Of a stretch of 48,775 nucleotides of DNA, positions 24,644 to 31,908 are shown piece by piece. Under the pieces are notes generated by a model, which did no database searches, was not told the origin of the DNA, and saw only the letters and a program-made list of their open reading frames with translations. The position numbers were made by a program, and so were the translations under genes. The stretch's first letter is position 1. The number at the start of each line of letters is the position of its first letter. The DNA comes from a virus, in the IMG/VR virus record IMGVR_UViG_3300025875_000045; one strand, given 5' to 3'.

Positions 24644-24675
24644 CAAATATATTAAATTAATTGTTAGTGTGCAAA
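24644..24675 (-). promoter_or_regulatory. Consensus Bacteroidota promoter upstream of the packaging/structural genes
   Basis: Minus strand: TTTG (24675..24672), 20-nt spacer, TATATTTG (24651..24644). Confidence 0.6.
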
Positions 24676-24974
24676 TATATTATATCTATCGCTTTATCTT
24701 CTATTGCTTTGTCTATGTCTATGGTACATATAGGATAAATATATTTAGAGTTTTTTCTGTCTAATATTAAATCGTATGTATCACCTATTCCAACGTAAGA
24801 TTTATGGCAACTTTTTACTAAATATATTCCTTTTTTAAATATTTTACACCCCGGTAAGTTTTGATTTTCATCATCAAATAAAACCTTAATCTTACATCCT
24901 TGACTAAGTTTTGGTTTGTTATATTTTTTATCATCGCCTCTAAGGGCTGTATATTGTGTTCCGTTAAATTTCAT
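24657..24974 (-). CDS. Hypothetical protein (105 aa)
   Basis: Last ORF of the early module. Confidence 0.55.
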   Translation of the reverse strand: MKFNGTQYTALRGDDKKYNKPKLSQGCKIKVLFDDENQNLPGCKIFKKGIYLVKSCHKSYVGIGDTYDLILDRKNSKYIYPICTIDIDKAIEDKAIDIIYLHTNN

Positions 24975-24984
24975 AACTTTAAAA

Positions 24985-25221
24985 TTAACAATCAGTTGTA
25001 TATCCTAGTGGCACAGCCCATACTGCGAACTTATCACTATTCATTTGTGTTTCCTGTGGTTGCCCGTTTTGATTACCTGCTGCATCATATCGGATAAGGT
25101 AATTCTTTTGTCCTATGGCTACTAATTGAATGCTTGTTCCTGTTGTTCTGTTTTTACCTGTGCATATTACTGTAGGGTCTGTGAAATTTAGCGCAAAGGC
25201 TAAGAGTAAGTAGTGGATCAT
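24985..25221 (-). CDS. Hypothetical secreted/small protein (78 aa)
   Basis: Hydrophobic N-terminus MIHYLLLAFALNF. Confidence 0.45.
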   Translation of the reverse strand: MIHYLLLAFALNFTDPTVICTGKNRTTGTSIQLVAIGQKNYLIRYDAAGNQNGQPQETQMNSDKFAVWAVPLGYTTDC

Positions 25222-25442
25222 ATTATTAAGTTTAAAGGGTATGCGTTAAGGATTAAATTTTCGTTTATAGAACTTGCTTCAAATACATATTTATTAGTCG
25301 CTTTCAAGGCTTCTTCAACGTGTAGTTTAGCGAATTCAATCATTGCTTCTTGAATATCATATATAGAGTAGTTTCCATATTCATCAATAGAAGATTGAAC
25401 TAGGCTGTTTCTAAAAAATTCCTCTGCTGTTGGTGCTGCCAT
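25218..25442 (-). CDS. Hypothetical protein (74 aa)
   Basis: ORF with an ATGA overlap to the downstream gene. Confidence 0.55.
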   Translation of the reverse strand: MAAPTAEEFFRNSLVQSSIDEYGNYSIYDIQEAMIEFAKLHVEEALKATNKYVFEASSINENLILNAYPLNLII

Positions 25443-25483
25443 CTTATGTTTTTTTACTTATTATTTGGGGTTATAGCCGAATA

Positions 25484-25972
25484 TTATTTGAACGCTTTGA
25501 TAAACTTATCTTTAGCTGTTTTGCTATCCCATATTTCTATCGTCTCACTGTTATTTTGAAGCATTATGCATTCCCATTCCGAAATAAGCATATTTTTGTC
25601 TATTGCCTTTAAAGTCTCACTGAATGGGTACTGTATGTCGTATTTTTTACATATAGCAATATTTAGTTTTTCCTCTAATGCTTTATAATCAGGTAGAAGT
25701 GCTTTTATGGGGCTAGGTATGTCAACTAAGTAGGCTTCCGATGCATCATGCAGTAAGGCTTCTAGTTTGTAACTGTCTGCTACATGCATGGCACACATCA
25801 CGCAATGTTGCGCAACACTATAAAATACAGGTAAGTGACCTGAAAATCTAGGTTGAAACGATAAAGAGTGAGCAATGTCCTCTATGTCTATGGTGTCTAA
25901 ATCCATTTTAGTAATGTCGAAATACTTACCGCTTACTGTTCTTATTGAGTTGGGGGTATATGGGTTTTCCAT
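25484..25972 (-). CDS. HD-domain phosphohydrolase (162 aa)
   Basis: H...HD pattern: IAHSLSFQPRFSGH, VAQHC, LLHDASEAYLVDIPSP. Confidence 0.7.
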   Translation of the reverse strand: MENPYTPNSIRTVSGKYFDITKMDLDTIDIEDIAHSLSFQPRFSGHLPVFYSVAQHCVMCAMHVADSYKLEALLHDASEAYLVDIPSPIKALLPDYKALEEKLNIAICKKYDIQYPFSETLKAIDKNMLISEWECIMLQNNSETIEIWDSKTAKDKFIKAFK

Positions 25973-25973
25973 C

Positions 25974-26324
25974 TTATTTAATTGTTGGTTCAGTTCCAGT
26001 TAAGCTGTGTGTTAAATTCTGCAAATGATGAAGGGTATCACATTTGATTTCTAAACCGAAGTATGTAGCGTTCTTTTTGTTATCGGTAAAGTTTATGTGG
26101 TAGCCTAACTCAACGTATTCAGGATGCTCAAACTTTATCCTAAAACTACTTCGATATATCTCTATAAACCCGCACTTAATCAGGAGTTCTTCTGTTAGCT
26201 CTACTCCTGCTAATTCATCTTGTAGCATAGGCTTTCCGTTAATCCATACTGTACTACCTACTAAAGCGGTTACTGTGCCGCCTGCTAAAATATTATTCAA
26301 ACGCAATTCCTCTGATCTTATCAT
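25974..26324 (-). CDS. Hypothetical protein (116 aa)
   Basis: Tightly packed ORF. Confidence 0.55.
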   Translation of the reverse strand: MIRSEELRLNNILAGGTVTALVGSTVWINGKPMLQDELAGVELTEELLIKCGFIEIYRSSFRIKFEHPEYVELGYHINFTDNKKNATYFGLEIKCDTLHHLQNLTHSLTGTEPTIK

Positions 26325-26325
26325 C

Positions 26326-26601
26326 TTACTTTGTTTTAGGTGGTTGGGGTAATGGCATCCAATGAGTAACTTGACATTGGTCTCCTTCTAAATCATAGCT
26401 TTTAAAGTTCTTTGTAGACTTATAAACTGATTTAAAAACTGCTGGGTATATTGTAAAAAAGGACATATCATCTGTACTGTAAAATTTAGCGCAATGATGC
26501 CTTGAATATTCTTCATCCGCTAAATTATTCTGCCACACTATAACCTTTTCACCATCTTCAGGAAATCGCTCTTTTACGCTTATCCAGTTATCTGCTTCCA
26601 T
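26326..26601 (-). CDS. DUF551-like protein (91 aa)
   Basis: WISVKERFPEDGEKVIVW ... THWMPLPQPP. Confidence 0.6.
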   Translation of the reverse strand: MEADNWISVKERFPEDGEKVIVWQNNLADEEYSRHHCAKFYSTDDMSFFTIYPAVFKSVYKSTKNFKSYDLEGDQCQVTHWMPLPQPPKTK

Positions 26602-26611
26602 TGTTTAGTTG

Positions 26612-26812
26612 TTAAGGATTAAGTAATTTCAAATAGGCAGTATATAGTTCTTTTACCGTCATTCCGCTTTCAAACTCTACTATTCTCACATCAGTAACAT
26701 TAATTCCGTTAAAAGTCACATCTTGCAACTGGGTCATGGTATTATTTGAATGCAATTCGAAGTAGTAAGTCTTACCATCTGTTCCCTGTGCATTTTTTAT
26801 TATTTTTGACAT
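26612..26812 (-). CDS. Hypothetical protein (66 aa)
   Basis: ORF in the operon. Confidence 0.5.
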   Translation of the reverse strand: MSKIIKNAQGTDGKTYYFELHSNNTMTQLQDVTFNGINVTDVRIVEFESGMTVKELYTAYLKLLNP

Positions 26813-26837
26813 TGTTTGGTTGTTTTATGTTTTAGTA

Positions 26838-26960
26838 TTAGGGGTTAGTAAATGCTCCACAATGATTACAATGTCCGTTGCTAAATCCACTGTTTTTTCC
26901 ATCCCGATAATAATCATCGTGAATATCTAGAAAGCACAATATTTTATGTATAATTTTCAT
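26838..26960 (-). CDS. Possible 40-aa Cys/His-containing peptide
   Basis: MKIIHKILCFLDIHDDYYRDGKNSGFSNGHCNHCGAFTNP. It abuts the next small ORF (TAAATG). Confidence 0.25.
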   Translation of the reverse strand: MKIIHKILCFLDIHDDYYRDGKNSGFSNGHCNHCGAFTNP

Positions 26961-27047
26961 TTAGCTATATGTTACGGTTACCTGTACTACAGTTTCTCCT
27001 GATGCTTCTTCGTATCTTTCAACAATGTTTTTTATAAGGTTTTCCAT
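26961..27047 (-). CDS. Possible 28-aa peptide
   Basis: MENLIKNIVERYEEASGETVVQVTVTYS. It is preceded by the degenerate third copy of the intergenic repeat. Confidence 0.2.
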   Translation of the reverse strand: MENLIKNIVERYEEASGETVVQVTVTYS

Positions 27048-27082
27048 CACTTTATTGTTTTATGTTTATTACTCTCTAAGGG

Positions 27083-27499
27083 TTAACAGTGTTTTTGTAA
27101 TTCAGTATTTTGATATATGTTACCAATAACTTCAATATTTTTAGTGATAGGGAGTGAGCCGTATTTTGAATACATATAATATCCCAAAGCAGGGCTGTCC
27201 TCATGGTATCTGTATTCTCCAAATCTTATTTCAAAGCATCTGCCGTTTCCAGTTTCCACATAATCCCCCACGAATACATCAATCATATTTTTGTCCTGAA
27301 TGCCTATAAATTGAGTTATAGGAAATTTAGCAGCCTCTTCGGTAGATGATCCATATTGCTCGTGTGCCCAAAATTCAGAATAGGCATCGACTGTAAAGCC
27401 TAAAGAATAAGAACCCTCAAAGTCAAAATACTGTAATCCTGAATTTTCAAGAATTATTAGTTCTTCTCCGTTAAAGGCTCTAAATTTTAAATTTTCCAT
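27083..27499 (-). CDS. YopX-family protein (138 aa)
   Basis: LKFRAF..., FIGIQDKNMIDVFVGDYVE, IEVIGNIYQNTEL. Confidence 0.7.
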   Translation of the reverse strand: MENLKFRAFNGEELIILENSGLQYFDFEGSYSLGFTVDAYSEFWAHEQYGSSTEEAAKFPITQFIGIQDKNMIDVFVGDYVETGNGRCFEIRFGEYRYHEDSPALGYYMYSKYGSLPITKNIEVIGNIYQNTELQKHC

Positions 27500-27546
27500 A
27501 TTTCCAGTTTTTATTGTTTGTTATTACTCTATAGAAGAAGGGGTTA
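27494..27546. repeat. Copy 1 of a perfect 53-bp direct repeat (stop codon, intergenic segment, ATGGAA start)
   Basis: ttccatatttccagtttttattgtttgttattactctatagaagaaggggtta is identical to 27727..27779. Confidence 0.9.
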
Positions 27547-27732
27547 AAAATCGATACCTTCAACGATATATTCTTTCTCGCACTCGGAACATTTTATGAC
27601 AACGTCAATATTTTCCGCCCTGTGATCTTCTTCGATATTATCCCTCAACTCTTCGAACTTATCGTCATAAGCCCCGCAATAGGGACAGTTGACACATATT
27701 TCTATAAATGTTGTTGCTCTAACTGATTCCAT
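27544..27732 (-). CDS. Zinc-ribbon protein (62 aa)
   Basis: CVNCPYCGAY ... CSECEKEY (two CxxC pairs). Confidence 0.6.
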   Translation of the reverse strand: MESVRATTFIEICVNCPYCGAYDDKFEELRDNIEEDHRAENIDVVIKCSECEKEYIVEGIDF

Positions 27733-27779
27733 ATTTCCAGTTTTTATTGTTTGTTATTACTCTATAGAAGAAGGGGTTA
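27727..27779. repeat. Copy 2 of the perfect 53-bp direct repeat
   Basis: Identical to 27494..27546, at a spacing of 233 bp. Confidence 0.9.
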
Positions 27780-28172
27780 GACCCAACTTTCTCTATGTTC
27801 AGGCATGTTATACGTTTCAAGTATTTCCCCTAATGTTATCACGAAAACATCCCCTCGCCAATTGTCACTCCATTCGGGCTTAGCCTTGCCTATTCCGATT
27901 GAAATTAAGTCCCTCTCAAAAGTTGGTGCATCAGCAGCATATCCGTTTTTAGCTTTGTATGAATCAAATCCTTTAAACACATTCGCCCCACAATCTATAG
28001 CATGTTGTATGTCTGCTACATCTTTACACATAGTAGCAAATGGTTCATTAAGCAATCTTTTAATCCAGTAAGGTTTTATCTCTCTGTATTCTTCATTCTT
28101 ACGCTCTAATTCATTGAGGTTTGATTCCATGTCAAACCACTTTTTCTTAAGCGTTACTTGCAGTGTTTTCAT
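27777..28172 (-). CDS. Hypothetical protein (131 aa), possibly ASCH-like
   Basis: N-terminal LKKKWFDMESNLNELERKNEEYREIKPYW pattern. The call is weak. Confidence 0.4.
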   Translation of the reverse strand: MKTLQVTLKKKWFDMESNLNELERKNEEYREIKPYWIKRLLNEPFATMCKDVADIQHAIDCGANVFKGFDSYKAKNGYAADAPTFERDLISIGIGKAKPEWSDNWRGDVFVITLGEILETYNMPEHRESWV

Positions 28173-28195
28173 CTTGATTGGTTTTTAATGATGTA

Positions 28196-28396
28196 TTACA
28201 AGCTATCTATTATCTCATCAATCCGTTTTCGTGACTGCTTAATAATCTTTGTCTGCTCATCGTATTCTTCTATTTCATCGCTTGTAAAATCCCTGCCAAA
28301 TGTTTCCTGTTGTATTCTGTTTCGTTCGGCTTTAGCATGTTTTATATCGGCTGATAGTGATTTAAGCTGATGGATGGTGTCTTGTTGTATGCACAT
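28196..28396 (-). CDS. Hypothetical helical protein (66 aa)
   Basis: ORF in the operon. Confidence 0.5.
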   Translation of the reverse strand: MCIQQDTIHQLKSLSADIKHAKAERNRIQQETFGRDFTSDEIEEYDEQTKIIKQSRKRIDEIIDSL

Positions 28397-28398
28397 AA

Positions 28399-28824
28399 CT
28401 AAAATACGTTTTCTAATTTATACTTAGGCTGCTCGTTTTCTGTTTCAAATAGGCACTGGTAGTCCATTATGTTTTCAATACCTTCAAGTTCACATAGGTA
28501 TTCTACTACAGCGCATAGACCTTTGAATTGTGATTCTTTATCGTTTGGATCAAATGAATCTTTAAAAGCTAGTATAAATATCCTTTCAATATTCGAAAGC
28601 TCTATTATAGAATAACCTGAATTATTTTCTTGAATGTCAGCTTCTAGTGGTAATTCATAATTGCCCGACCATATTTCTAGAGGCGAACTTAAATACCATT
28701 CCCCATGCCCCACTATTGAACCCACAGCGCATGCACTGCAATCGCCAAAATTTAAATCGTCATCATGAAACGCCTTATACAGCTTACTTACTGCTTTCTC
28801 AAATCTTTCTGAATATGTTTTCAT
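28399..28824 (-). CDS. Hypothetical protein (141 aa)
   Basis: ORF with an N-terminal CSACAVGS motif. Confidence 0.55.
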   Translation of the reverse strand: MKTYSERFEKAVSKLYKAFHDDDLNFGDCSACAVGSIVGHGEWYLSSPLEIWSGNYELPLEADIQENNSGYSIIELSNIERIFILAFKDSFDPNDKESQFKGLCAVVEYLCELEGIENIMDYQCLFETENEQPKYKLENVF

Positions 28825-28933
28825 ACTATAATTTTTTAACTAATTGTGAACTTGTTCTAAATTTGGCATCGAACATTTGTATAACTATGTCTTGTAGGTA
28901 AACTAAACCTAACACACCGCTTGATACGTGATC

Positions 28934-29140
28934 CTATATGCCGATTTCTATAACTTTTGCAGGGATATTGATTAATTTAATATCTACTCCTGTTACTTCG
29001 GGATATGAATTGACAATAAAAAATTCAGCATCTTGATCATAGTTAAAAGAAGTAAGAGAACTACCATCATTAACTACAACAGTATCTCCGACTTTTATGT
29101 CATTATTAATTAACCTTTCAATTTTAAATGTTGTTTTCAT
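28934..29140 (-). CDS. Hypothetical protein (68 aa)
   Basis: ORF in the operon. Confidence 0.5.
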   Translation of the reverse strand: MKTTFKIERLINNDIKVGDTVVVNDGSSLTSFNYDQDAEFFIVNSYPEVTGVDIKLINIPAKVIEIGI

Positions 29141-29144
29141 AACT

Positions 29145-29279
29145 TTACTTTTGTTTATCTATTTCCTGCTGTAGAAGCATTTTAATTAGTGATGATAGGC
29201 TTAGTTGCCTTGAAGCCGCATATTTGATACATTGCTTCTTAAAATCTGAATTTACCTTAAGGTTTATCTGTTCAATCAT
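29145..29279 (-). CDS. Ribbon-helix-helix (CopG/Arc-like) DNA-binding protein (44 aa)
   Basis: MIEQINLKVNSDFKKQCIKYAASRQLSLSSLIKMLLQQEIDKQK has a beta-strand, helix, helix pattern. It falls below the ORF-track cutoff. Confidence 0.5.
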   Translation of the reverse strand: MIEQINLKVNSDFKKQCIKYAASRQLSLSSLIKMLLQQEIDKQK

Positions 29280-29284
29280 TTGTT

Positions 29285-29551
29285 TTAGCTTAATAAGTTT
29301 AAGTTATTAGTTTCCAAAAAACGGCTTGACTTTATTAATTCAGCCACTTCTGTTGTACTCATTTCTTTGTCTATCAAAAGATATTCAACAACATTAAAAA
29401 ACCTTTCTTTTGTTTCTTTCATTTGCGGGGAATATTTATGTAGCCCTTTTGATTGTGCTATAATATCCACACAACGCCAAATAAACTTGTTGCCTTTTGC
29501 TGTTAATATTCTTTCTTTTTTACTTTTTATTGTGTCGCTATAGTTTTTCAT
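29285..29551 (-). CDS. Hypothetical protein (88 aa)
   Basis: Start set at the ATG after the shared leader end gaaacaaatagaaattATG (MKNYSDTIKSKK...). The track start lies in the promoter. Confidence 0.5.
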   Translation of the reverse strand: MKNYSDTIKSKKERILTAKGNKFIWRCVDIIAQSKGLHKYSPQMKETKERFFNVVEYLLIDKEMSTTEVAELIKSSRFLETNNLNLLS

Positions 29552-29579
29552 AATTTCTATTTGTTTCATTTTGATATAG

Positions 29580-29610
29580 CAAATGTATATACTTTTTATA
29601 TACCACACAA
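29580..29610 (-). promoter_or_regulatory. Candidate Bacteroidota promoter
   Basis: Minus strand: TTG, 20-nt spacer, TACATTTG (29587..29580). Confidence 0.5.
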
Positions 29611-29639
29611 GTAAAACGTAAACTTTAACATTTGCTAGG

Positions 29640-29777
29640 TTATTTTATCCCATATTCAATATACAGAATCTTCGCCTTAAGTTCCGCTAACCGTTCAGGG
29701 TCGGATTTGCTTATCATTAAGGCATTACGCTCTACTCTCATTTGTTCTAGGGTGGGTTGTTTGGGTTTAGGTGGCAT
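29640..29777 (-). CDS. Hypothetical 45-aa protein
   Basis: MPPKPKQPTLEQMRVERNALMISKSDPERLAELKAKILYIEYGIK. Its ATG overlaps the methyltransferase stop (TAATG). Confidence 0.35.
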   Translation of the reverse strand: MPPKPKQPTLEQMRVERNALMISKSDPERLAELKAKILYIEYGIK

Positions 29778-30388
29778 TAGAACATTGTTAGTTGTTGTTG
29801 GTGTTGTTTAAGGCGTTTTAATCCTGTTTCGTAATATTCTTTATCTAATTCGCATAGGGTAAGGTCAAACCCTAAATTGTGGCAAGCTAACGCTATACTC
29901 ATGCTCCCACCATGTGTATCTAATATTTTATCTCCATCTTTAGCATAGTTCATAATTAACCATTCGTACAGCTTAACAGGTTTTTGTGTTGGGTGGATTC
30001 TGTTTACTTTGGGATTATTGTATGTAAAAATTTTAGCTAACTTATCAAAAGAAGTCCATGCTAATTCGCACATAGCTAAAGAAAAATCTTCACTTATTTT
30101 TTTATCCCACACCAAAAAGCATCTAGTTGGAGGCAGATAAAAATAGTTACCGCCCCATATAATTTGATTTTTGCTAACACGAAAAAGTTCATTAAAGTAC
30201 TTTGAGTCTGGTATTTTATCCCATTCTTTATCTACCACCTCATTAAAATTCATTTTACCAGTTTTACCCCCTTTAAATTTATCATCTATCCCATAAGGCG
30301 GATCAACAATAGCCAAATCAAAATAATTGTCAGGGTATCGGCTCATTAAATCCATGTTACACTCGTTTGTAATTTGTATGTTGCTCAT
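29777..30388 (-). CDS. DNA N6-adenine/N4-cytosine methyltransferase (203 aa), orphan
   Basis: DPPY motif (LAIVDPPYGI), HPTQKP, and the AdoMet region ILDTHGGSMS. Confidence 0.9.
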   Translation of the reverse strand: MSNIQITNECNMDLMSRYPDNYFDLAIVDPPYGIDDKFKGGKTGKMNFNEVVDKEWDKIPDSKYFNELFRVSKNQIIWGGNYFYLPPTRCFLVWDKKISEDFSLAMCELAWTSFDKLAKIFTYNNPKVNRIHPTQKPVKLYEWLIMNYAKDGDKILDTHGGSMSIALACHNLGFDLTLCELDKEYYETGLKRLKQHQQQLTMF

Positions 30389-30452
30389 TTCTTATATCTA
30401 TTTATTATTGTTTTAAACTCATCAATTGATCTGCATATATGGTAGTTGAAAC

Positions 30453-31082
30453 CTACACATAAATACCTATGAACTTATTATATTCCTCTCGTAATCTAAT
30501 TCTTTGCTCTGACGAATGTGTTATATTTGCTTTTTTAAGCCTTTTAACCAATTCTCTAGCTTTAGGTATTGCTTCTAATAATTCGGGCTTATTTAGTTTC
30601 AATACAGGATATAATTTTGGTAGCTCAAACTTTACATATTCCCAATATTCTTTACCATACATTTTTATAAGCCCTAAATCATAGTTATGAAGATTGCCTC
30701 CTTTTGCACAATTGCAATTGAAATCCTGTAAATGAACGTTGAATAAATTAAACCTTATTGAACCGTTAGACTGCACCGTGTGGTAGTGTCCTGACTGGGG
30801 GGTGGTATGACCTCCACAACTAATACAGCCGCTACCCTTATCAATCTCCCTGCAAATAGTGTTTATTTGCGCTTCTAGCAACTTTTTTAGCTCTGGAATA
30901 CCAACTATTGACTCACGCTGTTTTTTTGTCTCTAATCGGCTTATTTTAAGTTTGTCGGCTTTTACCTTGTTTTTACTATACTCAATAGCGCATTTCATCG
31001 AACAAGCGGTATTAGATGATGAGGTAGGCTTAAACTTCTCTTTGCAGTTTACACATTTCCTATCGTATATCTTTTTTATCAT
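30453..31082 (-). CDS. NinG/Rap-like recombination protein (209 aa)
   Basis: N-terminal CVNCKEKF...CSMKC and central CISCGG...SGHYH...RFNLFNVHLQDFNCNC pattern. Confidence 0.75.
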   Translation of the reverse strand: MIKKIYDRKCVNCKEKFKPTSSSNTACSMKCAIEYSKNKVKADKLKISRLETKKQRESIVGIPELKKLLEAQINTICREIDKGSGCISCGGHTTPQSGHYHTVQSNGSIRFNLFNVHLQDFNCNCAKGGNLHNYDLGLIKMYGKEYWEYVKFELPKLYPVLKLNKPELLEAIPKARELVKRLKKANITHSSEQRIRLREEYNKFIGIYV

Positions 31083-31085
31083 GGT

Positions 31086-31499
31086 TTAGAAGTACTGGCT
31101 AACGTTTGTAATAATATCATCTTTATCAAAGTGAAAGTGTTTAACTATGGTATCTACCACCGCATTGTAAAAGTCGTTAAACTCGGTTTGATCCATTGCG
31201 GCAAAAGATATGCTTTTAGCCTCTATTATTTCTACACCTTCAAAGTTAAATCTTGTGTCATAATATCCTGCTGCTATCGTGAGGTCATTGCGCAAATTTT
31301 CCGAATTGGTGTAAAGTTCCTGATTTTGATAAACCAAGTCTATCAACGCAAAGAATTTCCTATGGTGCATTATATTGCGCTTCTTTTTTATCTCTACTTC
31401 TACCATCTCGTTAGGCTTAATCTTTTTCAGGCTGTCTAAGTCTGAATTGTAAGCGCAGGAGAAAGTATTGTTTAGGCTTTTAACCATTAGTATTTTCAT
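31086..31499 (-). CDS. DUF1367-like phage protein (137 aa)
   Basis: RNIMHHRKFFALIDLVYQNQ pattern. Confidence 0.55.
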   Translation of the reverse strand: MKILMVKSLNNTFSCAYNSDLDSLKKIKPNEMVEVEIKKKRNIMHHRKFFALIDLVYQNQELYTNSENLRNDLTIAAGYYDTRFNFEGVEIIEAKSISFAAMDQTEFNDFYNAVVDTIVKHFHFDKDDIITNVSQYF

Positions 31500-31633
31500 T
31501 GCTTTACTCTTTTTTTAATCGAAGTTATTGATAACGGATTTATTAATTCAAGTTTATCAACGTATGTTATGGCTTTTTCTATTTGCCTTTTAGCATATTT
31601 AGCCGCATAGGCATCACTAATTTTTCTATCCAT
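31496..31633 (-). CDS. Possible 45-aa protein
   Basis: MDRKISDAYAAKYAKRQIEKAITYVDKLELINPLSITSIKKRVKQ. ATGA overlap with the DUF1367 gene, and overlaps the HNH 3' end by 55 nt. Confidence 0.25.
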   Translation of the reverse strand: MDRKISDAYAAKYAKRQIEKAITYVDKLELINPLSITSIKKRVKQ

Positions 31634-31908
31634 TTTCTAATGTTTATTGGTTTGTATATATTTTCATCATCATGTTCTTTTTGGTGGCAGTCCCTACAAA
31701 GGGTCACCAAAAGATAATCGGGATAATCCCACGCAAGCCTATTAGGATAATACGCAATGTGATGTACTTCTAACTGGCATTCTGAATTATCACAAAGGCA
31801 CTGTGAGCATACAAAATTATCTCTAAATAAAATGTCATACTTTCTTCGTAACCATGCGCTTGTTTGTAGTTGTTCTTTATATTTCATATTAAAAAGGAAC
31901 TTCATCAA
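31579..31908 (-). CDS. HNH endonuclease (109 aa)
   Basis: CSQC...LEVHHIAYYPN...LCRDCHQKEH. Confidence 0.8.
   Translation of the reverse strand: MMKFLFNMKYKEQLQTSAWLRRKYDILFRDNFVCSQCLCDNSECQLEVHHIAYYPNRLAWDYPDYLLVTLCRDCHQKEHDDENIYKPINIRKWIEKLVMPMRLNMLKGK

Noticed and set aside
27494-27779. Possible CRISPR mini-array or solitary repeat units
   Set aside because: There are only two perfect copies plus degenerate ones. Each copy contains a stop codon and the next gene's start codon, and the spacer between them is a coding gene. This is not CRISPR architecture.
29145-29279. RHH protein as the antitoxin of a toxin-antitoxin pair
   Set aside because: The neighbouring ORFs (68 aa and 88 aa) show no toxin motifs such as RelE, ParE, MazF or PIN, so a plain transcriptional regulator is the simpler reading.
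31889-31908. The 20-nt overlap of the HNH gene with the primase-helicase gene as a sign of an intron or intein
   Set aside because: Both ORFs are complete with their own starts and stops, and the primase-helicase motifs are uninterrupted. This is a free-standing HNH gene, which is ordinary for phages.
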